From contig CAZXIP010000001.1 of assembly GCA_964640755.1 (NCBI GenBank), forward strand, positions 1 through 51,131: 51,131 nt of DNA, given 5' to 3'. The notes under the pieces were generated by a model, which was given only the letters and a program-made list of their open reading frames with translations, was not told the origin of the DNA and did no database searches. Shown here one piece after another: positions 28,361 through 37,753 of this stretch. A program made the translations under genes and the position numbers. Positions within the stretch are counted from its first letter, which is position 1; each line of letters opens with the position of its first letter. The stretch comes from an uncultured Smithella sp. Its GTDB lineage: Bacteria; Desulfobacterota; Syntrophia; Syntrophales; Smithellaceae.

Positions 28361-29332
28361 ATGGCCGAAAAGGGGAATGTTCTTAAAAAGTCAGTTGTCA
28401 TTGTGGTCCTGGTTTTATTGGCAGGTGGTCTTGTTTTTTATCTCTATATCAACAAAGACAGGAATGCCGTTCCAAAGGGTTTTGTAATGGGCAATGGCCG
28501 TCTTGAGGCAATCGAGGTGGATATTGCAGCAAAGCTTGCGGGGCGTCTGGCTGAAGTCCTCGTGAAAGAGGGAGATTTCTGCGAGAAAAACCAAATCGTG
28601 GCTAGAATCGATACCACAACACTCCAGGCTCAGTTAAGACAGGCCGAGGCCGAGGTGAAACGCTCCATGCAGGCGCGTAAAACCGCCCTGTCCATGCATG
28701 AAGGGGTTCGCTCGAAGATGGATCTTGCAGGGAAGGAGCTTGAGCGTTCCAATCATCTGTTTGCAAAGGGAATCTATACCCAACAGGAACACGACCGTGT
28801 TCGGACAGCCAAGCAGACATATGATGCAGAATACGCAGCGGCTGCATCATCAGTCGCCGAGGCCGAAAATGCCATTGAGGCCAAATTGGCCCTTGTAGAA
28901 ATGTTGAAAGCCGAGATCAATGACTGTATGCTGAAAAGCCCCATAAAAGGACGGGTAATGTTCCGCCTCGCGGAACCCGGCGAGGTCATGCCCAATGGAG
29001 GCAAGGTATTGACCATTATTAATCTCACAGATATTTACATGAATATTTATCTGCCGGAACGATATGCAGGCGGTATTCCTTTGGGTGGTGAAGCGAAGGT
29101 CGTGCTCGACGCGATACCGGACAGGCAATTTGCTGCGCGGGTTGCCTATGTTTCTGAAAAGGCACAGTTCACCCCCAAAGAGGTTGAGGCGACAGAGGAA
29201 CGCCAGATGCTCGTTTTCCGGGTGAAAATCAGACTTGAGGAGTTTAATGATCCCCGACTGAAACCGGGCATGCCAGGAGTTTCATATATCCGGTTGAATC
29301 CATCCGCGAAATGGACGGAACTCTTTAAGTGA
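28361..29332 (+). CDS. HlyD-family membrane fusion/periplasmic adaptor protein (YhiI-like)
   Basis: An N-terminal TM helix, a long Ala/Glu-rich coiled coil and a C-terminal beta-barrel segment. It lies directly upstream of the fused ABC gene. Confidence 0.85.
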   Translation: MAEKGNVLKKSVVIVVLVLLAGGLVFYLYINKDRNAVPKGFVMGNGRLEAIEVDIAAKLAGRLAEVLVKEGDFCEKNQIVARIDTTTLQAQLRQAEAEVKRSMQARKTALSMHEGVRSKMDLAGKELERSNHLFAKGIYTQQEHDRVRTAKQTYDAEYAAAASSVAEAENAIEAKLALVEMLKAEINDCMLKSPIKGRVMFRLAEPGEVMPNGGKVLTIINLTDIYMNIYLPERYAGGIPLGGEAKVVLDAIPDRQFAARVAYVSEKAQFTPKEVEATEERQMLVFRVKIRLEEFNDPRLKPGMPGVSYIRLNPSAKWTELFK

Positions 29333-32082
29333 ATGCTTGCATGAACGGCCATGATACCATCGCACACATTGAAGGAATAAAGCACTGCTACGGTAAGAAG
29401 ATCGCCCTTGATTCGATTGACCTTCAAATACCCGCGGGATGCGAAGTCGGTTTCATCGGACCCGACGGGGTGGGCAAATCAACTCTGCTCGGACTCATCG
29501 CAGGACAGAAAAAAATACAGACGGGCGACATTCATGTCCTGGGCAGTTCCATGCGTTCAGGGATCCACCGTCACGATGTCTGCTCGAATATCGCCTATAT
29601 TCCCCAGGGTCTCGGCCAGAATCTCTATGCTACGCTTTCCGTCTATGAGAATGTGGACTTTTTCGGACGGCTTTTTGGGTACAACCGCGACGAACGAAAC
29701 GAACGAATCAAGCGGCTTCTGAAAGCCACAAACCTTGAAGCCTTTGCAAACCGGCCTGCAGGACAGCTTTCAGGGGGTATGAAGCAGAAACTGGGTTTAT
29801 GCTGCGCACTGATTCACGACCCTGATGTGCTCATTATGGATGAGCCGACTACCGGTGTCGATCCGCTATCACGTCGTCAATTCTGGGAACTTATCAAGGG
29901 TATGAGAGCCCACCATGCCGGGATGAGCATCATTGTTGCAACTGCCTATATGGAAGAAGCTGAACACCTCGATTGGCTTGTCATGATGGAGGGTGGGAGG
30001 GTCCTTGCTACAGGAACACCTGCACAGCTGAAGAAACAAACGGGCAAGACGGCGATCGAAGAAGCATACATTGCCATGTTGCCGGAAGAGATGCGCTATG
30101 GACACAGGGTCTTTACGACACCGCCCCGGATAGCATCGGATGACGGTTCTGCTATTGAGGCAAAACACCTTACCAAAAAATTTGGTGACTTTACTGCAGT
30201 TCATGATGTCTCTTTCACCATCCCGAGAGGAGAAATCTTTGGTTTCGTCGGATCGAACGGCTGCGGCAAGACCACCACAATGAAGATGCTTACCGGGCTT
30301 TTGCATCCGACGCACGGTCAGGCTACCATCTTTGGAAGCTCTGTTGAAACCGGGAGCGTTGGACTGAAAAAGCGCATCGGCTACATGTCACAGAACTTTT
30401 CACTGTACGGTGAGCTGACCGTACGGCAGAACCTGAATATGCATGCGCATCTCTTTGATTTACCGAAAGAGGATGTTCCTTCCAGGGTGAGGGAAATGGC
30501 TGAGAAGTTCGGCCTGAACGATGTCATGGACGATGAGACGGAGAGTCTTTCCCTCGGCATTCGTCAGCGCCTCTCCCTGGCTGTTGCCGCAATTCACAGG
30601 CCCGAGATACTGATTCTGGACGAACCGACGTCAGGTGTTGATCCTGTGGCCAGAGACCATTTCTGGGACCTGCTCATCAATCTCTCCAGAGGCGATGGTG
30701 TAACCATTTTTGTGACCACCCATTACATGAATGAGGCAAGCCGTTGCGACAGGGTTGCCCTCATGAGCATGGGACGCGTGCTTGCATGCGATGCGCCGAA
30801 AGAGCTTATCCGCATGCGCAACAGCTCCACACTCGAAGAGGCTTTCATTGCCTATATCAAGGATGATATTGCCGAAAATAAAATCAATGAGATGGAGGAT
30901 GAAAAACAAACCATCCCATTCATGATGAAATCTGACCGTGTGAAAAAACATGGCCGTTACTTTGATATGAACCGGTTGGCAGCCCTGGCCCGGAGGGAAG
31001 CCATCGAATTGTTCCGCGATCCGGTCAGGCTCATTACCTCTTTCATCATTGCGCCTTTTCTCCTCATCGTCTTCGGCTTCGGTATATCCACAGATATTGA
31101 AAACATCAGATACAGTGTTCTGGACAATGATCAGAAGATGTTGAGCCGTGATTATCTGAATAATTTTTCCGGTTCGCGCTACTTCAGCCGGCAAAAGCCC
31201 ATACACTCCCATTTCGAAATAGACAAGGGCTTTCAGAGTGGCAAGTTCAATATGGTTATCGAGATTCCCCCGAATTTCGAAAAGGACATGAAGAGGGGGC
31301 AGAAGCCGTCGGTAGGTTTCTGGATAGACGGCACCATGCCGTTTCGGGCCGAGACCAACAAGAATTATGCGGAAGCTGTTCACCAGACCTACCTGATTAG
31401 CCTTACTGATCGGTCGCCTGTGCGCATGGAGTCTTCTTCCACCCACGTGCAACCCCGGTACTGGTATAACCCTATGCTAAGGAGCAAATACTCCGTTGTC
31501 CCCGGTCTGCTTGCCGTCGTACTTATGCTCGTTCCCGCCATGCTCACTGCCATAGGTGTCGTGAGGGAAAAGGAATTGGGTTCTATCACCAACTTCTATT
31601 CAAGTCCCATGACCAGGCTTGAATTTCTCTGGGGAAAGCAGGTTCCCTACATCGTGCTTACATTGATCACGTTCATCATCCTTCTTATCGTGATTAAATT
31701 CCTCTTTCTTATTCCATTCAGGGGCAGCTTTTCAGCCCTGATTGTAGGGACGGTGCTCTATATCATTACAAGCACCGGCATAGGCCTTCTCATCTCGACC
31801 TTTACCCGTACACAGATCGCTTCTCTTGTGGCCGCTTTTGCCCTGACCCTGGTGCCTTCTTTTGAATTCTCTGGTCTCATTTCACCTGCATCCTCCCTGG
31901 TAGGAGGCGCCGAAGTGTTTTCAAGGATCTTTCCTGCACGATATTTCGTAAACATCAGTGTAGGTACTTTCACCAAGGCAATCGGTTTCCCCGAACTTGC
32001 ATGGAACTTCGTTTTTCTTGTTGCAGCCTATATCACGATTCAGACTTTGACCGTTTTGTTATTGAAAAAACAGGAAATCTAA
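29329..32082 (+). CDS. Fused ABC transporter: two ATPase domains plus a C-terminal ABC-2 permease (RbbA/YhiH-like)
   Basis: Walker A GPDGVGKST and GSNGCGKTT, signatures LSGGMKQKL and LSLGIRQRL, Walker B LIMDEP and LILDEP. The C-terminal roughly 370 aa are polytopic. 917 aa. The alternative start ATG 29341 is equally plausible. Confidence 0.88.
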   Translation: MNACMNGHDTIAHIEGIKHCYGKKIALDSIDLQIPAGCEVGFIGPDGVGKSTLLGLIAGQKKIQTGDIHVLGSSMRSGIHRHDVCSNIAYIPQGLGQNLYATLSVYENVDFFGRLFGYNRDERNERIKRLLKATNLEAFANRPAGQLSGGMKQKLGLCCALIHDPDVLIMDEPTTGVDPLSRRQFWELIKGMRAHHAGMSIIVATAYMEEAEHLDWLVMMEGGRVLATGTPAQLKKQTGKTAIEEAYIAMLPEEMRYGHRVFTTPPRIASDDGSAIEAKHLTKKFGDFTAVHDVSFTIPRGEIFGFVGSNGCGKTTTMKMLTGLLHPTHGQATIFGSSVETGSVGLKKRIGYMSQNFSLYGELTVRQNLNMHAHLFDLPKEDVPSRVREMAEKFGLNDVMDDETESLSLGIRQRLSLAVAAIHRPEILILDEPTSGVDPVARDHFWDLLINLSRGDGVTIFVTTHYMNEASRCDRVALMSMGRVLACDAPKELIRMRNSSTLEEAFIAYIKDDIAENKINEMEDEKQTIPFMMKSDRVKKHGRYFDMNRLAALARREAIELFRDPVRLITSFIIAPFLLIVFGFGISTDIENIRYSVLDNDQKMLSRDYLNNFSGSRYFSRQKPIHSHFEIDKGFQSGKFNMVIEIPPNFEKDMKRGQKPSVGFWIDGTMPFRAETNKNYAEAVHQTYLISLTDRSPVRMESSSTHVQPRYWYNPMLRSKYSVVPGLLAVVLMLVPAMLTAIGVVREKELGSITNFYSSPMTRLEFLWGKQVPYIVLTLITFIILLIVIKFLFLIPFRGSFSALIVGTVLYIITSTGIGLLISTFTRTQIASLVAAFALTLVPSFEFSGLISPASSLVGGAEVFSRIFPARYFVNISVGTFTKAIGFPELAWNFVFLVAAYITIQTLTVLLLKKQEI

Positions 32083-32083
32083 A

Positions 32084-33202
32084 ATGATGAGAAAATTGCG
32101 GCATATTTACCGGTTGGGTTTGAAGGAACTTATCAGCTTTCTTCATGACTATGTTCTTATCATACTCGTCATCTATTGCTTCACGGTCATGGTCATTGTT
32201 CCATCCAAAGGTACGGGCCTGCAGGTGCGCAACTCGTCAGTCGCCTATGTTGATGAAGACCAGTCCCCGCTATCCAGAAGAATAATCAACTCGATCCAGA
32301 TGCCCTTTTTCCAGAAACCCCGGGCAATTACCTATCACGACATTAACCAGGTCCTAGACAGGGCCGAATATATTTTTGTTCTCCACATACCATCAGGCTT
32401 TCAGAAAGACCTGCTTTCCGGTAAAAATCCTGATATCAGAATCGACGTCGATGCCACAGCCATAGGCCACGCAAAGCTCGGGACCACATACTTAACCAGA
32501 ATGATTAACCAGGAGATTGAGACATTTCTGCCGGGCATTCGAAAGTCTGCTGATCTTCCCATCCAGGTGAACACCCGTGTTATGTATAATCCAAACCGTG
32601 AAAACTCCTGGTTCATGAGTCTTGTATTCCTTACCCACATGATAACCCTGCTTGCCATCATCCTTCCAGCCGCTGCACTTGTAAAAGAAAAGGAGCGCGG
32701 TACTGTGGAGCATCTGCTGGTCATGCCCCTTGTGCCTGTGGAAATAATACTTGCCAAGGTATGGGCAAACAGTTTTATCGTGGTTTTGGGTGCGATGTTC
32801 TCGCTCTTCTTTGCTGTGAAGTGGATCATCGGGTCACCCATCCACGGGTCCACGACCCTGTTTTTTTTCGGCACCGTTGTTTTCCTCTATGCGACAACAG
32901 CACTGGGTGTGTTTCTTGCCACGATTGCCAAGAATCAGCCCCAGGCGGGACTATTGAGTATGCCCATTATCGTGCCCATTGCCATTCTGGATGGAGGAAC
33001 CACACCGCTGGAATCCATGCCTAGGTTTCTCCAGATCGTCATGAAGTTTGCCCCTACAACGCACTATTCGGAATTGTGCTCCCGCGTACTCTTCAGGGAT
33101 GCAGGGATTGGTGATGTCTGGGTGCAGCTCCTTGCCATTGCGGCGATTGGGACCGTGTTATTTGCGGGCGCGATGATTCGTTTCCGTGCGACGTTCAGGT
33201 AA
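32084..33202 (+). CDS. ABC-2 type transporter permease (YhhJ-like)
   Basis: An N-terminal TM helix, a large periplasmic loop and then about 5 TM helices. It lies 1 nt after the fused ABC gene. Confidence 0.85.
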   Translation: MMRKLRHIYRLGLKELISFLHDYVLIILVIYCFTVMVIVPSKGTGLQVRNSSVAYVDEDQSPLSRRIINSIQMPFFQKPRAITYHDINQVLDRAEYIFVLHIPSGFQKDLLSGKNPDIRIDVDATAIGHAKLGTTYLTRMINQEIETFLPGIRKSADLPIQVNTRVMYNPNRENSWFMSLVFLTHMITLLAIILPAAALVKEKERGTVEHLLVMPLVPVEIILAKVWANSFIVVLGAMFSLFFAVKWIIGSPIHGSTTLFFFGTVVFLYATTALGVFLATIAKNQPQAGLLSMPIIVPIAILDGGTTPLESMPRFLQIVMKFAPTTHYSELCSRVLFRDAGIGDVWVQLLAIAAIGTVLFAGAMIRFRATFR

Positions 33203-33700
33203 GTTTCTGCATTTGGTGTAACGTCTTATGCAACATCTTTTATTTTATATTTCAATAACTTAAAATAGAAAGCCTTCAGCACAACATAAGATTTTTGCAC
33301 AAAAAACCCAAAAGAATTGACATCACTCTCATATCGGGGTTTCAGGCAACTTATCATTCACCACTGTATCGCATTCAAATTATTGTCGATTTATCTTACA
33401 TACAATATTTTTGTAGAAATCATTATAAAATATAGCATCTGTTGTAACATTGGAAATTACTGCACATGTTGAAGGTCAATTAATGTCGGATAAATTTACA
33501 ATTATAAATTAATTTTTTATAGTATCAGTTCTATATTTAAGTAGCAGAAAAAATATACAAGGCGTGTAAGACATTGTAAATCAAAGAAAAGCGGCGACTA
33601 TTTCACATTTACAATTCGTCTAATATTTTCATGGAATGATTTATGCTATCAAAATGAATCACGAGATATTACCGACTACACTTGGACGAAGGCGAAAACA

Positions 33701-34738
33701 ATGAAAAAATTCTCTATTTGTGCGATTCTCGTTATGTTTTTTGTGTTTGTGGCACTCCCAATGTCTGGTTTGGCCATGACGGCGATCAGTGATGATGAAA
33801 TGGCACAAGTAACCGGTCAGCGAGGTGTCAGCATCAACGTTGATGTTACAGCCAACCTCACCATCGGCACAGTTGCATGGGGTGATTCCGACGGTTTCAC
33901 GGGTTACTCCAATGCGGGTTATGCAGGTATTGAAGGTTTTCAAGCAAACGTCCACTTTTCAGGCCGTCATGATGGCCCGTTCGCCACCACGGGGCCGGCA
34001 TCGATCGGTTATATGGGGAACAAACCTATTACAATTGATGTTGGTTCAGATACTCTTGGCTGGTCGACTCAGGTTAGAATTGGTCTGCCTACCGCGCATT
34101 TGACGGTGAACAACCTCCAAACAGATATTTTTGTGTCCGGTGTTACCGCAGGTGCTCCCGCCTCAACAACGGCTCAACAGTTAGGCGCGATTTACATGAA
34201 TGGCATTGAAATTCTCCTGGGTGAGTCATCATCGCCTGCTTTTGCCTCATCGTATAATGCGGGTTACCTTACCATCGGCGCTGCAGGTTCAGGAAACAGA
34301 GGAATCAACTTTGGATTCGATGTCAATATTGATTCAATCAGCATTGAAACGATTTCTTATGGGAACACCTCCAGTATTCTTGCGGATTCGTTCGGTACGG
34401 CCGCAACAGCCGGTTACCTTGGCGTGACTGATCTTACCATCGGCCACATGAACATTGACGGAGGTTGTAATATCGGTATCGGCACACTGAATACCGACGC
34501 GATCAACAACGGACACGGGCAGGGGACCATTACCCAGGTGAATATTCGTATTCATAATAATACCACTGTGGCAATTCCCAGCGCTATCACCGGTACGGTT
34601 GTGCTGGCACAGGACCAGGAATTGACCACAGGGGCTGAAGAACTGGGCAACTTCTATATCGGCAGTGTTCGAGCGCAAATCGTAAACAATGTCGGGTCCT
34701 TGTTCACACCGTCCACAGTTCAGATTTGGGCTCACTAA
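33701..34738 (+). CDS. Secreted Gly/Thr/Asn/Ala-rich protein of unknown function (possible DUF6160/FilA-like N-terminal motif)
   Basis: A clear signal peptide (MKKFSICAILVMFFVFVALPMSGLA) is followed by ISDDEMAQVTGQRGVSINVDV. The mature part is almost Cys-free and carries a recurring AGY(L/A)-x-I/V motif, consistent with a beta-rich fold. Confidence 0.6.
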   Translation: MKKFSICAILVMFFVFVALPMSGLAMTAISDDEMAQVTGQRGVSINVDVTANLTIGTVAWGDSDGFTGYSNAGYAGIEGFQANVHFSGRHDGPFATTGPASIGYMGNKPITIDVGSDTLGWSTQVRIGLPTAHLTVNNLQTDIFVSGVTAGAPASTTAQQLGAIYMNGIEILLGESSSPAFASSYNAGYLTIGAAGSGNRGINFGFDVNIDSISIETISYGNTSSILADSFGTAATAGYLGVTDLTIGHMNIDGGCNIGIGTLNTDAINNGHGQGTITQVNIRIHNNTTVAIPSAITGTVVLAQDQELTTGAEELGNFYIGSVRAQIVNNVGSLFTPSTVQIWAH

Positions 34739-34747
34739 AGTTGATCA

Positions 34748-35875
34748 TCAAATCAGTGCGAGACTGTCAGCAACAGCCATGCCTGCAAGTGTCGGGCATA
34801 GGCGGTTGTTTTTCAGGGCGACCAGTTTATTGTCGATCAATGCTTCGATGATTCTTTTTTTCCCGGTAAGCAGGTCAAGGCCATACAACTTCCTGAAGGA
34901 TTCCAGATTGACTCCGTCCGCCGTTCGCATGCCCAGAAACAGACTCTCCAGGGCCAGTTCATTTTTGGAAAGTTTTTCAGACCGGGCAACCGGTTTCCTG
35001 CCGCTTCCAATATCTTTTAAATAGGTTTTTACATTCGCTTTGTTCCACCAGCGCCTGTTGCCGGAAAAAGAGTGAGCGGCGGGACCCAGCCCCAGATATG
35101 GCTCATGATTCCAGTATTTTCTGTTGTGCCTCGATTCAAACTTACGGTTGCGGGCAAAATTGGACACTTCATAGTGAATATAGCCCGCTTCGGCCAGTAT
35201 CTTTGAAGTGGTGATGAAGAAATCCAGTGCTTCTTTTTCCGATGGCAGGTCTAGGCCTTCCTGTTTATATTGTTTGTATAAAGGCGTTTTCCGATCCAGA
35301 GAAAGTTGATAGCATGAAAGATGTTCAGGTGAAAACGAAAAAGCTTTTTTCAGCGTTTGCCGCCAGGTTTTTACATTCTGCCCATGTACTCCATAAATCA
35401 GATCAAATCCAAGATTGGCAAATCCGGCAGTTCGGGCTGTTTCAATGGACTCAATCGCCTGTTTTGCTGTGTGCCTTCGTCCAAGGAATTTCAGCAGAGG
35501 ATCGTCAAAAGACTGTACGCCAATGTTGAGCCGGTTGATCCCCAGCCTGCGCAAAGCCTGAAAATATTCCATTGAAACATCGCCTGGATTGACTTCCATG
35601 GTGATTTCAGCCTGTCGGCTGATATCAAAATGTTTGCATGCCGCCTCCAGAATAATCTGTGCCTGTGGGAGGGTCAGAAGAGAAGGAGTGCCGCCGCCAA
35701 AATACACGGTATCGAAGGATGAGAAGGCAGTTCTATAAAAAGCGATTTCCTGTTTGACGGCCTCTGCAAATTCATCAAGAAAACCGGCCGATGCGATGGA
35801 GTAGAAGCTGCAATACCGGCACTTGCTCAAACAAAACGGAACATGAATATAGAGGCCCGCCATTTTTGTATGCAT
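34748..35875 (-). CDS. hemW: Radical SAM heme chaperone HemW (HemN-like, oxygen-independent coproporphyrinogen oxidase family)
   Basis: LYIHVPFCLSKCRYCSFY (CxxxCxxC) and GGGTPS. 375 aa. The conserved lepA-hemW gene order is present. Confidence 0.88.
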   Translation of the reverse strand: MHTKMAGLYIHVPFCLSKCRYCSFYSIASAGFLDEFAEAVKQEIAFYRTAFSSFDTVYFGGGTPSLLTLPQAQIILEAACKHFDISRQAEITMEVNPGDVSMEYFQALRRLGINRLNIGVQSFDDPLLKFLGRRHTAKQAIESIETARTAGFANLGFDLIYGVHGQNVKTWRQTLKKAFSFSPEHLSCYQLSLDRKTPLYKQYKQEGLDLPSEKEALDFFITTSKILAEAGYIHYEVSNFARNRKFESRHNRKYWNHEPYLGLGPAAHSFSGNRRWWNKANVKTYLKDIGSGRKPVARSEKLSKNELALESLFLGMRTADGVNLESFRKLYGLDLLTGKKRIIEALIDNKLVALKNNRLCPTLAGMAVADSLALI

Positions 35876-35889
35876 ATGTTATTCTGAAG

Positions 35890-37686
35890 CTAATCATTAT
35901 CAGATTTAAGAACCGCTAAAAACGCGCTTTGCGGAATGCTCACAGAGCCGATCATCTTCATTCGCTTCTTGCCGGCTTTCTGTTTTTCCAGGAGTTTCCT
36001 TTTGCGGGTAATGTCGCCGCCATAACACTTTGAGGTAACGTCTTTACGGAAGGCGCTGATGGTGCTTCGGGCGATGATCTCCCCGCCAATGGCGCCTTGG
36101 ATCGCAATCTTAAACATCTGACGGGGGATTTCATCTTTGAGGCGGTCGCATGCCAGAAGGGCCCGTGCGCGGGCTCTTTCCCTGTGCACAATCTGCGAGA
36201 GAGCATCCACTTTTTCACCGTTGACAAGAATATCCATCAGAACCAGATTGCTTTCACGGTAATCAATTATATCATAGTCAAAAGAACCATAGCCCTGGGT
36301 CACCGATTTGAATCGGTCATAAAAATCAAAGATGACTTCCGCAAGCGGCATTTCATAGGATAGCTCGACACGTCCGGGGCCGGTGTAAGTCATGTTGGAA
36401 TTCACGCCTCGCTTTTCCATGCACAGCTTCATGACCGTACCCAGATAACGTTCCGGAAGCATCATTACCGCACGGATATAAGGTTCTTCGCCTTTGGCAA
36501 TTTCGGCTGGATCAGGGTAGTGGGCGGGATTATCCACGTAAATAAGGGTGTTGTCCTTGAGTGTAAACCGATAGCGTACGCTGGGGACAGAAAGGATGAT
36601 CGAGAGATCGAATTCCCTTTCCAGCCGTTCCTGAACGATATCCAGGTGGAGTAGTCCTAAAAAACCGCAGCGGAAACCCTGTCCGAGTGCGGCGGATGAA
36701 TCTTTTTCGTAGATGAATGACGCGTCATTGAGCTTGTATTTTTCCAGCGAGTCGGCCAGGTCCTGGTAATCATCGGAAGCGATGGGATAGATCGAAGCAA
36801 AGACAACGGGCTTGACTTCCTTAAAGCCGGGCAGGGGTTGACTGCAAGGCCTGTTCTGCAGTGTGATGGTGTCACCCGTGCGCACGTCCGCAACCGTTTT
36901 AACACCGGCAATGATATATCCCACATCACCTGCCGCAAGTATTTCGCGTTTGGTGCGTATCAGCAGAAAATGCCCGACTTCTTCCACTTTGTAAGTGGTG
37001 CCGTTATACATGAATTTGATAATGTCTCCGGCTTTAACGCTTCCTTCAAAAATGCGGCAATGAATGATGGTGCCCCGGAATGAATCATACTTTGCATCGA
37101 AAATCAAAGCGGCCAGTGGATTTGCAGCATCGCCTTTAGGAGGCGGAATCCGATTGACAATGGCTTCCAGAATTTCTTCGATGCCGATGCCTTCCTTGGC
37201 GGAGCATTTGATATGTGTGTCCGGATCGAGTCCCAGTTCCGAATCAATTTCTTCCAGAACCCGGTCAATGTCGGCAGATGGCAAATCAATTTTATTGATG
37301 ACTGGAATGATTTCCAGATTGTGCTCCATGGCCAGGTAAAGATTGGCCAGTGTCTGAGCCTGAACCCCCTGGGCCGCGTCAATCAGCAGGAGGACGCCTT
37401 CGCAGGAGGCCAGTGACCGGGAGACCTCATAAGAAAAATCCACGTGGCCCGGCGTGTCGATGAGATTCAGTATGTATTCATTTCCGTCTTTGGCGCGATA
37501 GGGCAGCGAGATGGCGTTGCTTTTGATGGTAATGCCCCGTTCCCGCTCGATGTCCATGTTGTCCAGCAGCTGGTCCTGAAAATTTCTTTCATTGCAGACG
37601 CCGGTGAACTGGATCAGCCGGTCGGCCAGCGTGGATTTGCCGTGGTCGATGTGGGCGATGATGCTGAAGTTTCTAATGTTTTTCAT
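35890..37686 (-). CDS. lepA: Translation elongation factor 4 (LepA)
   Basis: [29 protein letters not shown] and NKIDL, plus the LepA-specific C-terminal domain. 598 aa. Confidence 0.95.
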   Translation of the reverse strand: MKNIRNFSIIAHIDHGKSTLADRLIQFTGVCNERNFQDQLLDNMDIERERGITIKSNAISLPYRAKDGNEYILNLIDTPGHVDFSYEVSRSLASCEGVLLLIDAAQGVQAQTLANLYLAMEHNLEIIPVINKIDLPSADIDRVLEEIDSELGLDPDTHIKCSAKEGIGIEEILEAIVNRIPPPKGDAANPLAALIFDAKYDSFRGTIIHCRIFEGSVKAGDIIKFMYNGTTYKVEEVGHFLLIRTKREILAAGDVGYIIAGVKTVADVRTGDTITLQNRPCSQPLPGFKEVKPVVFASIYPIASDDYQDLADSLEKYKLNDASFIYEKDSSAALGQGFRCGFLGLLHLDIVQERLEREFDLSIILSVPSVRYRFTLKDNTLIYVDNPAHYPDPAEIAKGEEPYIRAVMMLPERYLGTVMKLCMEKRGVNSNMTYTGPGRVELSYEMPLAEVIFDFYDRFKSVTQGYGSFDYDIIDYRESNLVLMDILVNGEKVDALSQIVHRERARARALLACDRLKDEIPRQMFKIAIQGAIGGEIIARSTISAFRKDVTSKCYGGDITRKRKLLEKQKAGKKRMKMIGSVSIPQSAFLAVLKSDND

Positions 37687-37694
37687 AAGACTGT

Positions 37695-37727
37695 TAAAAA
37701 AAGCCCTCCACGAAATCTGAAGGGCTT
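37695..37727 (-). terminator. Rho-independent terminator downstream of adk
   Basis: The minus strand reads AGCCCUUCAGAUUUCGUGGAGGGCU followed by U7. It begins 27 nt after the adk stop and its U-tract ends 9 nt before the lepA ATG. Confidence 0.65.
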
Positions 37728-37753
37728 TTATCCTAGTGTCTTTCCGGGTGCAA

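Noticed and set aside
30631-31452. 273-aa ORF on the - strand
   Set aside because: It is antisense inside the RbbA-like ABC gene, so it is a shadow ORF.
33451-33464. TGGAAATTACTGCA resembling a sigma-54 promoter upstream of the secreted-protein gene
   Set aside because: The GG-to-GC spacing is 10 nt rather than the 12 nt of my consensus indexing, and the -24 box is degenerate.
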